Source: Patescibacteria group bacterium (GTDB lineage: Bacteria; Patescibacteriota; Minisyncoccia; Phycocordibacterales; UBA918). Taken from it: a stretch of 64,000 nt of DNA. The stretch spans positions 5,497 to 69,496 of the forward strand of contig JAIEOU010000009.1 of the NCBI GenBank assembly GCA_019750255.1, written 5' to 3'. The notes below the pieces were generated by a model, which did not search any database, was not told where the DNA came from, and was given only the letters and a program-made list of their open reading frames with translations. Below, in pieces: positions 27,001-35,685 of this stretch; positions within the stretch are counted from its first letter, which is position 1; the number at the start of each line of letters is the position of its first letter. The translations under genes were made by a program, and so were the position numbers.

Positions 27001-28253
27001 TGGGCATTTATTTGATCAAGATGATAGCGGCTACCAGTAAACAGGTACGGAATGAAACTAAGCGCAGGCTGATGGGCATTTTCAGGTGACCACACATCAT
27101 CTTTCGTGAATTGAGTTAGAGTTGGGTAGCCTCGACCATCAGCCCAGAGGGTCGGATATTTATCAAGAGAAAGATAATCCTTAGTGGTTGGGTCGTAGTA
27201 GTGCCACGGCACACTCCCTGCGGCATCGGCTTGAGCGAGCGCTGACTTGGCCGCAGTATCACTTTGAGTCAGCAACCACGCACCATTTGTGCCGGTAATT
27301 GGACCAATGTCCTGGCGTCCACCAGTCCCAGGCATGTAGGTAGCGATACCTCCAATTCCTAGTGGCTCATAGGTATTACTAGGCATGTGGTTACTATCAA
27401 CCCCAAATGATGTTTCGAAGTTGAGAATTGCACCTGTAGACATAAGGTACGGGATATCACGCTGCACATTCACCCGCGTCTCTTGCCCGGTACTGTAAAT
27501 CATCTTGTGCCAGGTTTGATACTGGTGGTGGGTGAGACTGCCACTGTTGTACACCGTCGAACCATTCTGGGCGATAGTGGCCGTGTAGTTTAAAGTGTCT
27601 CCACTACTCGTCATTGCATGATCATTGTTGAAGTGCACATCAGTCGTGTACGTACCATCAGCAAACTTCGAGACGTCGAATACAAGGCGCATTGATGAGA
27701 CAACCGGTACCTCAAACCGACCTTCAGTTACCACTGGCCCTTGGCGCCAGTAGGTAACCCGTCCCGCAGTGAGCTCAGTCGCAAGCAGCTTGGCGGCATC
27801 AAACGTATAGGTATTACTAGAAGTTTTCAGAGTCACGACCACAGAGTAGTTCGGCATGGTAGCGAGCGAGAGTGGAGTACCACTTTGGGAAGCAGGATTC
27901 AGCATGGCGTTGCTGCTTGAGTTGGCCGCAATACTCGGTGCCAGCATGGTGACGACACCAAACCGGACCGAGCCGTCGGGATACTTGGTCTTAACGTCGA
28001 TTTGGGTAGGGACATTATTTCCTCGTACTTCCGCGACTACTCCTGAATTCCCGGGAAGATCCCCGGCCACGAAGGCCTGCCCCATCTGCACTGGCCCGGC
28101 TGGGATACTGCTTGAGGTAGGGTTTTGGAGGATAAAACCGACAAGCTCGCCAGTAGCAGGCTGCGGGATGGTTGGTAGGTTAATTATTTGTGCGGCAGCG
28201 AGCGCTGGCGCCATGAACAGCAGACAGACAGCTCCAATAAGTCTTGAAATCAT
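24027..28253 (-). CDS. Large secreted mosaic protein: putative glycan-lyase-like N-terminus, SH3-like, Ig-like, Cys-rich, two beta repeats, RTX-like region, C-terminal peptidoglycan-binding domain
   Basis: Signal peptide at 28253; GQAFVAGDLP/YPDGSVRF; GGGNDVFYV, GMGGNDTI; VRVLQAALKRLGYF..TGYFGPVTEAAVRSFQ..GIVGPQTR. Confidence 0.8.
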   Translation of the reverse strand: MISRLIGAVCLLFMAPALAAAQIINLPTIPQPATGELVGFILQNPTSSSIPAGPVQMGQAFVAGDLPGNSGVVAEVRGNNVPTQIDVKTKYPDGSVRFGVVTMLAPSIAANSSSNAMLNPASQSGTPLSLATMPNYSVVVTLKTSSNTYTFDAAKLLATELTAGRVTYWRQGPVVTEGRFEVPVVSSMRLVFDVSKFADGTYTTDVHFNNDHAMTSSGDTLNYTATIAQNGSTVYNSGSLTHHQYQTWHKMIYSTGQETRVNVQRDIPYLMSTGAILNFETSFGVDSNHMPSNTYEPLGIGGIATYMPGTGGRQDIGPITGTNGAWLLTQSDTAAKSALAQADAAGSVPWHYYDPTTKDYLSLDKYPTLWADGRGYPTLTQFTKDDVWSPENAHQPALSFIPYLFTGSRYHLDQINAQASWTVMAGWNAPRQDGLGLVVHDMNQVRGAGWDLRQIDEAAWANPDGTTAKNYWQKILNNNLDHLISRAAAEGPAQGEARGYFTGVDGDFPPAVKPWQQDYLLSSLAASANRGSAKAKQVVGIMSNYVINRYNKMNNPLVGFNYGFAMYANGKPVTTWLGISNLNVEYDGGEGTYGPSGLMSLANVYNVTGSSEALQTYDKMLALKPKFTDVESYQKDFQFRVTPRRSGMISVPTTPIPEPAPLPALPALGFITGDRISLTTGTNVRATANGTILGTQPFGALGTLRSGPISAGGYNWWSVDYDSGLDGYSVDMYMTKSSASTPTPSPIPTLVPTVTLSLTSSSIVRGQTTTLTWSSANATACTGTGFTAGATAGSQSLSPETTTTYTLTCTGTGGSAQKSVVVAVSAPVAQADAGGPTGYTKCAEEGGTCSFAGTASVAYGANGAFNYRSITASTACTNAVFGDPLPGVVKACYFKLASTAPTSTVSISSDGTSVGGGSRSTLITPEGTWSFGTSRISGGWRINLNGKSALLTGNRMVVLNGGKLYARNSKGVWYLRDVAAATWSRTINPETSLPPPTTPGLSPDGAVISVSSGGSLTTAAGTWSFSTQTVPGGNLVLLNGASAVGGGGVELHVLNGGKLYTLNNTSVWYEYSNGAWKQVSDPRTSVEPTIVTPTSYTITLAGTSQNLLNPLTLPTVTIAAERGAWVPRLVGTTANDVFEAVEFGGGATFVSGGGNDVFYVGGSEVIEGVDVSANTAVITRHGWGVYTLPSAIDTIIYGGDATSNLTIEGNASANILVGSQNTSDTRFRINGMGGNDTIVARNQAEEITVSSGNGSDTIIGFATGSTRPDEIILSSGAFNNWTELRAALTQVGSNVVLTFKNGETLTFVNKVLTDFTPARFPNVPASGSVLGINDIRFTISDRLSLRSSGEQVRVLQAALKRLGYFSGEATGYFGPVTEAAVRSFQAAHALDALGIVGPQTRLLLGTQQ

Positions 28254-28722
28254 AATACTTTTTAATTCGCGATAATGAATTAAGTATACTCCATAAAAAA
28301 AACGCCATGTTTGTTTCCCACAATTAGTAGCATTCACCACTACGACACATACAAATTATTTGGTAAAGATTATACAAAATTGATTGACCCCCCGGTAAGG
28401 GGTACGGTCGGAGTAAGAGCAGCGGCTAGCGCTCCGATATTTTTCTGTAAGAACATTTCCTTTCTCATACTAAAGAATATCGAGACCATGTGTACCGCGC
28501 ACCATGGCTTGGAGTGGTTACTCACTCGATGGAGATGCTGGGCGCAGTCAGGCAACAAAATTTTTGTGGCTCAGCTCGCATTAAAGCAGCCAGGATTACC
28601 ACCGTCTTGACTTCAAATAAAGACCTCCCCAATCGGGCTCGTGTGGCACCATCGGCTACTCGTCCATGCAAAAAAAACGCCGGGATAAGCCCGGCGCTGA
28701 GGCGCACCTGTTTGTATGTTTA

Positions 28723-29358
28723 TCATTCAGTCGAAAGGAGTTCGTTCCAGTAGGCGGTTACCGCCACTACAGAAAGCCCCAACATATCGGCTACCATATC
28801 GGCTGATACTCCCGCCATCTTGGTGCGCATGGCAAAGTACCCAGCAACCTGCCGGCGCTCCCCGAGAGTTAAAGTAGTCTTGTTCGACTTTTGTTCAGTG
28901 GATTTCTGAGACGGCGGCAGAGGCGACGGTCCAGCGGTTTCCGTCTTCGGCCTGGTTTTTTTCTGACGGTTACGCTTCCAGTCGTCCCGCTGAAGCTCAA
29001 GCTTCACTACGTCGTTTCGCGCCACAAACGGTTGGGCGGCACCCACCCGCCAAGGCTCGTCACGCTGCACTTGAGGCATCGGGCGCCTTGGTGGGACGTC
29101 CACTTTTCGAACATCTCGCGCATGGTCAGTACAAAGAGTTGATTCTCTTGAGCTCAGATTAACCGCGTAACAGTGGCGCGGAGACTCTTTTACACACAGG
29201 GCACAGGCTCGGTTTACTGAGGGACACCGGAATTCATGGCAGCTCAGATTAATGCTTGGCCTTACCGTCAGCTCCTTACATTCACCCAGAGTCATCGAGC
29301 GACGATTCGGGAAAATTGGGCAGAAAATAAAGCTATCTGGGGATCCTTGACTACTCAT
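28723..29358 (-). CDS. Hypothetical protein with Cys-rich N-terminus and HTH-like C-terminus
   Basis: Eight Cys in the first 80 aa; VSADMVADMLGLSVVAVTAYW; SD AAGGAG; terminator downstream. Confidence 0.6.
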   Translation of the reverse strand: MSSQGSPDSFIFCPIFPNRRSMTLGECKELTVRPSINLSCHEFRCPSVNRACALCVKESPRHCYAVNLSSRESTLCTDHARDVRKVDVPPRRPMPQVQRDEPWRVGAAQPFVARNDVVKLELQRDDWKRNRQKKTRPKTETAGPSPLPPSQKSTEQKSNKTTLTLGERRQVAGYFAMRTKMAGVSADMVADMLGLSVVAVTAYWNELLSTE

Positions 29359-29464
29359 CGCGGCTCTCCTTTACAGATTGTGAAGAACGTATTGCATCAC
29401 CGTACTGTATCGGACATTAGATGTAAAGGTAGCAAAACGCCGCCCCATGAGAGGGCGGCGCTCT

Positions 29465-29710
29465 TTACCACCAGGAATTCCAACGAGCGACTACGTCAAA
29501 ATATGATGGTCGCTCGTGAAAGGTGGTAGGCTCGATGTGGGGGTGAGGCTCTTGCTGCTGACGGAGAAGTATTAGTCCATCGCGGATGACCTGGGCTTCA
29601 GTTTGTCCGCGCACGCGCGCTGTCTGCTTAATCCAGCGTGCCAACTGTTGATCAAGTGTCAGCTCCATGCCTTCGCGTGGCTTATGGCAGAGTTCAAAAT
29701 ACGGATCCAT
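29465..29710 (-). CDS. CopG/ribbon-helix-helix family regulator
   Basis: MELTLDQQLARWIKQTARVRGQTEAQVIRDGL; SD AAAGGA. Confidence 0.7.
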   Translation of the reverse strand: MDPYFELCHKPREGMELTLDQQLARWIKQTARVRGQTEAQVIRDGLILLRQQQEPHPHIEPTTFHERPSYFDVVARWNSWW

Positions 29711-29839
29711 AATCGGATTCCTTTCTTCTCGGATGTACTATTCCTGAATACCCTAGCACAGGAATGTGGTATTAAAAAACACAACAAATTTTTTAAAGCC
29801 TCGCACGCACTCCACCCGAACCAGCCAAGTACTTCGCCT

Positions 29840-30326
29840 AAAAATTTAGGCTCCACTCATATATATGAGTGGAGCCTTAGGTTAAGGAGCGTTAAGGGAA
29901 CAGGTACTCACGCACATGAAGTGAGGCAATTAAAAACAGTGATGACATTTTTTTATTTGCGAACAAACGTAGACAGCAACAACCAAAAAGAACCCCGGCG
30001 AAAGCCGGTAGTTCTTTGTAGTTCGCTGTCGGAGCTAATTCCTCTTTGAGGAACAATGCATACCGAGCGATACGAGCGAATTTAATGCACGTGATAGCCT
30101 CTATTAATTTCCGAGTAAGCGAAGGGAGTAAGCTTAAAACGTAGTTAACGTATTTCTAAATAGCAAAAACCCCACCGAGGTGGAGTTTTTACTTTGCTGT
30201 AACTTCGTAAAGAAGTTTTGAGCTTACTACCAAACGAAGTGAGAGAAGCAAAAAAACCTCTGCCAAGCAGAGGTTTTTTTTGCTTCCGAGCAAGTGCTGG
30301 GAGGAATAATTTGCCTAAGCAAATTA
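29840..30326. repeat. Multi-hairpin non-coding region 3' of rpsJ
   Basis: Perfect palindrome AGGCTCCACTCATATATATGAGTGGAGCCT; stems AGTAAGCTTAAAAC/GTTTTGAGCTTACT and GAAGCAAAAAAACCTCTGC/GCAGAGGTTTTTTTTGCTTC linked by CCGAG...GAG spacers. Confidence 0.6.
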
Positions 30327-30698
30327 TTACATCATCTTCACGTCCACATTCACGCCTGATGGGAGTGAGAGGTTCGTGAGGGCTTCAATGATCTTTGGTC
30401 CAGGATTGAGAATATCGATTACTCGCTTGTGCATACGCATCTCGAACTGTTCTCGCGCGTCTTTATGCACGAAGGTCGAGCGATTAACCGTGTACTTCTT
30501 AATCTCGGTCGGGAGTGGAATGGGTCCCACTGCCTTCACGTCGAAGCGTGCAGCGGTGTCTATGATTTGCTTTACTGACGCATCGAGAATCTTGTGCTCG
30601 TAGGCACGGACTCGGATCCGCAGCTTGCTGATTTCACCAGGCACTGCCTTAGGCTCCTTTACGGCCTTGGCTTCCTTTTTTGAGGTATCAGTGGCCAT
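30327..30698 (-). CDS. rpsJ: 30S ribosomal protein S10
   Basis: GPIPLPT, REQFEMRMHKR. Confidence 0.97.
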   Translation of the reverse strand: MATDTSKKEAKAVKEPKAVPGEISKLRIRVRAYEHKILDASVKQIIDTAARFDVKAVGPIPLPTEIKKYTVNRSTFVHKDAREQFEMRMHKRVIDILNPGPKIIEALTNLSLPSGVNVDVKMM

Positions 30699-30734
30699 AA
30701 CAGATTGGTAATTAATCTAGAAGAAGCGTTGCGG

Positions 30735-31925
30735 TTAAGCGACGATCTTAGTTACGACACCGGCACCTACCGTCTTACCACCTTCACGAATCGCGAAGTT
30801 CTGCTGGTCTTCGAGAGCGACTGGAGCTACGAGTTTTACCTTGAACTTTGCAGTGTCGCCTGGCATAACCATTTCAACACCTTCTGCCAATGTTACGTCA
30901 CCAGTTACGTCCGTAGTACGGATGTAGAACTGCGGCTTGTAGCCAGTAAAGAACGGGGTGTGACGACCACCTTCATCCTTCGAAAGTACGTATACTTCCG
31001 CCTCGAACTCAGTATGTGGAGTAACAGAACCCTTCTTCGCGAGTACCTGACCACGGTGCACTTCTTCCTTCTTTGCACCACGGAGGAGGATACCAGCATT
31101 GTCACCAGCCTGGGCAGCATCGAGCTGCTTGTTGAACATTTCAACTCCAGTAACAGTGGTGTTTGCGGTTGGCTTTATACCAACGATTTCTACTTCCTCA
31201 CCTACCTTTACTTTTCCTCGCTCTACACGACCAGTCACTACCGTACCGCGACCTTCAATTGAGAAGATGTCTTCGATCGGCATAAGGAATGGCTTGTCGA
31301 GGTCACGTACTGGCATTGGGAAGTACGAGTCCATAGCATCAACGAGTTCGATAACCTTGTCGCCCCATGGTGAGGTTGGGTCGTTGAGGGCCTGGAGGCC
31401 TGAACCCTTGATCACTGGTGCGTTTGCGCCATCAAAGCCGTTCTTGGTGAGGAGCTCTCGGAGCTCTTCTTCTACAAGCATCACCATTTCTTCGTCATCA
31501 ACCATGTCTACCTTGTTGAGGAACACGATGATGTTTGGTACACCCACCTGCTTTGCGAGGAGAACGTGCTCACGTGTCTGTGGCATCGCACCGTCGGTTG
31601 CAGCCACCACGAGTACAGCACCATCCATCTGGGCAGCACCCGTAATCATGTTCTTGATGTAGTCAGCGTGACCTGGCGCGTCGATGTGCGCGTAGTGTCG
31701 ATTTGGAGTTTCGTACTCAGAGTGTGAGAGCGAAATAGTAATACCGCGGGCCTTTTCTTCTGGGGCCTTATCGATATCTTCTACAGCCTTAACGTTAGCA
31801 GCGTATCCACCACCACGCTTGTTGAGCGTATTGAGGATCGCAGCGGTCAAGGTGGTCTTTCCGTGGTCAACGTGGCCAATAGTACCTACGTTGACGTGTG
31901 GCTTTGTACGATCGAAATCTGCCAT
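30735..31925 (-). CDS. tuf: Elongation factor Tu
   Basis: [31 protein letters not shown]. Confidence 0.99.
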   Translation of the reverse strand: MADFDRTKPHVNVGTIGHVDHGKTTLTAAILNTLNKRGGGYAANVKAVEDIDKAPEEKARGITISLSHSEYETPNRHYAHIDAPGHADYIKNMITGAAQMDGAVLVVAATDGAMPQTREHVLLAKQVGVPNIIVFLNKVDMVDDEEMVMLVEEELRELLTKNGFDGANAPVIKGSGLQALNDPTSPWGDKVIELVDAMDSYFPMPVRDLDKPFLMPIEDIFSIEGRGTVVTGRVERGKVKVGEEVEIVGIKPTANTTVTGVEMFNKQLDAAQAGDNAGILLRGAKKEEVHRGQVLAKKGSVTPHTEFEAEVYVLSKDEGGRHTPFFTGYKPQFYIRTTDVTGDVTLAEGVEMVMPGDTAKFKVKLVAPVALEDQQNFAIREGGKTVGAGVVTKIVA

Positions 31926-31952
31926 AAAATTAAGTAAATGACGTTGATAATT

Positions 31953-32131
31953 ACCGTACACAGCTGCTTACGAAAAAGCCGGGCTAGGCGTGCAAGCGAC
32001 GCGGCGCGAGAACAAGCGCGCGTCGACTACACACCACAGCGGTGTAAAAGAGCAGTATATATTCGCTCCTTCGCAATCCTGTAAGGACTGTGACGGTGCG
32101 GCAATAGTACCAGACGAGCGTAGATTTGCAA
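31953..32131 (-). promoter_or_regulatory. tuf promoter and structured leader
   Basis: TTGCAA-N16-TACTAT (32104-32131); leader closed by ACCGTCACAG/CTGTGTACGGT. Confidence 0.6.
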
Positions 32132-32153
32132 CCTGAGAAAGCCGCCACGGTAA

Positions 32154-32318
32154 TTAGGTGGCGGCTTTGCCTTCTTCTATCCCCGACAACGTCCCTTCTG
32201 ATGTAATTTGCACGACCAGGATAACATCTGGTCTGATTATCCCCCGCTTTTGCTGCAGCTTGAGATACTCAAAGATAATGCCCGGTTCGACCACTACGGT
32301 CTTTATGACTCCGTCCAT
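32154..32318 (-). CDS. Small hypothetical protein (54 aa); not in the ORF track
   Basis: MDGVIKTVVVEPGIIFEYLKLQQKRGIIRPDVILVVQITSEGTLSGIEEGKAAT; SD AAGGAG; hairpin terminator overlapping the stop. Confidence 0.6.
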   Translation of the reverse strand: MDGVIKTVVVEPGIIFEYLKLQQKRGIIRPDVILVVQITSEGTLSGIEEGKAAT

Positions 32319-32414
32319 GGCGTTTCTCCTTCCCTACTTCCAGCATACACCCGAAGGAGATGCAGAAACCCCGCCGTACCCACGACTGTAACTACCGATA
32401 GTCTCTAGTGATTA

Positions 32415-32451
32415 CAAAAGCAGCGCGGGCCTCTGGCCCGCGCTGCTTTTG
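32415..32451. terminator. Terminator after fusA
   Basis: CAAAAGCAGCGCGGGCC-TCT-GGCCCGCGCTGCTTTTG. Confidence 0.85.
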
Positions 32452-32491
32452 CTTCCAGCCTATTAACTTAGGCTTACAAACACTAATGGCT

Positions 32492-32571
32492 AGATTCTCC
32501 CCTTGAAGGTCGAATCTAGCCAAGTGTTTGCCTAAATAAAATATAGTCGCCGTAAACGGCTCCTTATTTCT
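32492..32571 (-). repeat. Modular hairpin repeat, modules A and B, inverted copy
   Basis: AGAAATAAGGAGCCGTTTACGGCGACTATATTT; AGATTCGACCTTCAAGGGGAGAATCT (25/26 identical to 6910-6935). Confidence 0.75.
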
Positions 32572-32685
32572 AGACATCTTCTTCCACATCCTTCACCGCC
32601 TACAGCGGCCAGCACACCTTGTGGCCACTTTGTTTCGCTTCACTCACAAAGTAGCTCACAAGATTCGTAAAAGACTTGCGTCGGC

Positions 32686-34857
32686 TTAGGCCTCCTCTTC
32701 AACGTCTTTTACGCCTCGCGCCTTCCGAATCTCCATAGCCACGTTTGGTGGTACCACTTCGTAGTGGTCAAACGTCATCGTCATTGATGCGCGGCCCTGG
32801 GTCATTGATCGGAGGTTGTTCGTGTACCCAAACATTTCCTTAAGCGGCACAAGCGCGGTAATCACCTTCTTGTCACCGAGCTCGCTCATACCTTCAACCT
32901 GACCTCGCTTACTTGAGATGTTTCCGTTGATGTCACCCATGAACTGCTCTGGAGTACGCACTTCAATCTTCATCACTGGCTCAAGGAGCACGGCGCCGGC
33001 CTTGTTGGCTGCCTCCTTAAAGGCATAGATAGAAGCGAGCTTGAAGGCAATTTCTGAAGAGTCCACATCGTGGAAGGAACCGTCATAGAGCTCAACCGTA
33101 ACGTCTTCCATCTTGTACCCAGCCACAAATCCACGAGCCATCGCTTCTTTGGCACCCTTCATAACGGCTGGAATAAACTCGTTTGGAATCGCACCACCCT
33201 TAATACTGTTGATGAATTCGAAGTGATCTTCACGAGTGACGTTCTTGGCAGTGGTCTCACCTTCCTCGAGCGGCTGCATTGGGCGAATCTTAATCTTTAC
33301 GTGACCATACTGACCACGACCGCCTGACTGCTTGGCGTACTTGTAGTCAGCTTCTGCTTCGCGCTGAATGGTTTCTCGGTAGGCCACCTGTGGTGCGCCG
33401 ACGTTTGCTTCTACGCCGAATTCTCGCTTCATGCGGTCAACGAGAATTTCAAGGTGGAGCTCACCCATACCAGCAATAATGGTTTCCATGGTCTCTTCGT
33501 CGGTTGAAACTTTGAACGTAGGGTCCTCGTCAGAAAGACGCTTGAGCGCAGTACCCATCTTCTCCTGGTCGTTCTTTGTCTTTGGCTCAACCCGCATCGC
33601 TACCACTGGGTTTGGGAAAGTAATCTGCTCGAGCACAATTGGCTTTGCTTCGTCACAGAGGGTGTGTGAGGTCTTCACTTCCTTAAACCCGACACCGGCA
33701 GCAATTTCACCAGCATACACTTCTTCAATTTCAGTACGCTTGTCAGCCTGGAGGCGAACGATGCGACCAACGCGCTCTTTATTTCCGGTCGTTGAGTTGT
33801 AGATGTAACTCCCGGCCTTCACGGTACCTGAGTACACGCGGAAGAACACGAGCTGACCGACAAACTTGTCGTCCTGGAGCTTAAAGGCGAGCGCTGAAAG
33901 CGGCTCGTCGTCAGAGTGCTTGCGGGTAATGTCATCGCCGCTGTCTGGGTGAGTGCCCTTAATGTCAGCAAGATCGGTTGGCGCCGGAAGGTAGTCCACC
34001 ACACCGTCGAGCACGAGCTGTACGCCGATATTCTTAAGCGCTGAACCGGTAAACACGGGGAAAATTTCATTTGCGAGCACCGCCTTGCGGAGGGTTTTCA
34101 TGAGGTCTTCGAGCGTTGGCTCTACGCCACCGAGAAAAGCTTCCATGAGCACATCATCGTGCTCAACTACTTTCTCAATAAGCTCAGCTCGGTACTTCTT
34201 AGCGTCAGCGAGAAGTTCATCTGGAATTTCTACTTCGGTAATAATGGTACCCATTTCACCAGAGAACGTGTAGGCCTTCATTTTCACGAGGTCAACCACC
34301 CCCTTAAACTGGTCTTCAGCACCCCAGGGAAGCTGCACACGCACCGCCTTCTTTGAAAGACGCTCGAGGATACTCTTGTATGACTTTTCAAAGTCTGCCC
34401 CCATACGGTCCATCTTATTGATGAAACAGATACGTGGCACCTTCGCTTCGTCCGCATAGCCCCAGTTGGTTTCACTTTGTGGCTCTACACCAGCAACCGA
34501 GTCGAACACAACCACTGCACCGTCGAGCACGCGCATAGACCGCTTAACCTCGGCAGTAAAGTCGATGTGACCTGGAGTGTCGATGATGTTGAACGTGTAC
34601 ATCTGTGACTTGTCCTTACGGTCAACCACATTTGTCTTTGACCAGTTACACGAAATTGCAGCAGCCGTAATCGTAATACCTCGCTCACGCTCTTGCTCCA
34701 TCCAGTCGGTAACGGTGGCACCATCGTGCACCTCACCAATCTTGTGACTCATACCCGTGTAAAAGAGCACTCGCTCTGAAGTGGTGGTCTTTCCGGCATC
34801 AACGTGCGCAACAATACCAAAGTTACGTAGTCGCTCTAGGGGGAATTCTCGGGCCAT
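32686..34857 (-). CDS. fusA: Elongation factor G
   Basis: [34 protein letters not shown]. Confidence 0.99.
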   Translation of the reverse strand: MAREFPLERLRNFGIVAHVDAGKTTTSERVLFYTGMSHKIGEVHDGATVTDWMEQERERGITITAAAISCNWSKTNVVDRKDKSQMYTFNIIDTPGHIDFTAEVKRSMRVLDGAVVVFDSVAGVEPQSETNWGYADEAKVPRICFINKMDRMGADFEKSYKSILERLSKKAVRVQLPWGAEDQFKGVVDLVKMKAYTFSGEMGTIITEVEIPDELLADAKKYRAELIEKVVEHDDVLMEAFLGGVEPTLEDLMKTLRKAVLANEIFPVFTGSALKNIGVQLVLDGVVDYLPAPTDLADIKGTHPDSGDDITRKHSDDEPLSALAFKLQDDKFVGQLVFFRVYSGTVKAGSYIYNSTTGNKERVGRIVRLQADKRTEIEEVYAGEIAAGVGFKEVKTSHTLCDEAKPIVLEQITFPNPVVAMRVEPKTKNDQEKMGTALKRLSDEDPTFKVSTDEETMETIIAGMGELHLEILVDRMKREFGVEANVGAPQVAYRETIQREAEADYKYAKQSGGRGQYGHVKIKIRPMQPLEEGETTAKNVTREDHFEFINSIKGGAIPNEFIPAVMKGAKEAMARGFVAGYKMEDVTVELYDGSFHDVDSSEIAFKLASIYAFKEAANKAGAVLLEPVMKIEVRTPEQFMGDINGNISSKRGQVEGMSELGDKKVITALVPLKEMFGYTNNLRSMTQGRASMTMTFDHYEVVPPNVAMEIRKARGVKDVEEEA

Positions 34858-34960
34858 ACTTATATATGTATTAAATAAAATAATGTGTTTGTAATTCCTT
34901 CTTTTTCACCTCGCTGACGCGCTTAGAGAAAAGAAAAAGCCTTGCGGCCGAAACGCGAGT

Positions 34961-34989
34961 ACTATACGACACTGGGGCAAAAACGGCAA
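34961..34989 (-). promoter_or_regulatory. sigma70-like promoter for fusA
   Basis: TTGCCG-N17-TATAGT. Confidence 0.6.
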
Positions 34990-34993
34990 CCAG

Positions 34994-35677
34994 CTAGAGG
35001 TCACTGAAAACGGTTACTTTTGGTAACCTGTGCCACAGGGCGGCCGGGTACATCTCGGGGTCAGTCGTTGCGGTCAGTTTGTGGAGGACTGTCCGCTTCT
35101 CGTTCCCGACGACCAGTGCTATCGCACTCTCAATCTCGCTTGTGAGAAACCGCGGGGTGACAGTCACCCGTACCGTGAAAGGATTCATACTCGATGGCAC
35201 CCCATAGGCAGCCACCCACTCCCCCGCCGCACTCAGTACCTCGACATAGCCCGGAAAGATTCCAGCTGTATGTCCATCAGCCCCCATTCCAAGCGTGGCA
35301 ATCACGACACCATCCAGATTGGTGGCACGCCAGGTGCGCAAAAATAATTCATACCGAGCAGCCAGAGCAACCGCTGTCTCATCTCTGTGGGGGCGTGAGT
35401 CGAAAAACGTTGCTCCGGCCGCACGGCCACGTTTATAAAAATCGGTCGTCATGAGCTGCGCGTAGTTGTTAATCGTCTCGTCGTTACTCCACCGCTCGTC
35501 GAGCATGGCAATTGCGAGATCAGGGCCAAACACGCTGTCGGGGAGCTGATCTAGCAGAGCAAGAGCAGAACCTCCTGACAGCAAAAGCAGCACTGCATTA
35601 TCACTACTGGCTCTTAAAACATCCTCGAGGGCTTTCACGGCTCCACTTACGGGATCGCTGTGAGTTTTAATGTTCAT
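34994..35677 (-). CDS. pgl: 6-phosphogluconolactonase
   Basis: LSGGS, DERW, LGMGADGHTAGIFP; next to zwf. Confidence 0.88.
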   Translation of the reverse strand: MNIKTHSDPVSGAVKALEDVLRASSDNAVLLLLSGGSALALLDQLPDSVFGPDLAIAMLDERWSNDETINNYAQLMTTDFYKRGRAAGATFFDSRPHRDETAVALAARYELFLRTWRATNLDGVVIATLGMGADGHTAGIFPGYVEVLSAAGEWVAAYGVPSSMNPFTVRVTVTPRFLTSEIESAIALVVGNEKRTVLHKLTATTDPEMYPAALWHRLPKVTVFSDL

Positions 35678-35685
35678 AAGAAATT

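Noticed and set aside
23668-29857. AGGCTCCACT direct repeat as att sites of the rpsJ-rplC island
   Set aside because: Only 10 bp, also present inside the large gene (~24422), and no integrase nearby
32392-32589. 65-aa ORF after fusA
   Set aside because: It runs through hairpin modules A and B and a terminator, so it is better explained as non-coding repeat
34938-34950. CGGCCGCAAGGCT in the fusA leader resembling 16S helix 27
   Set aside because: A short GNRA hairpin that could easily arise by chance, with no supporting context
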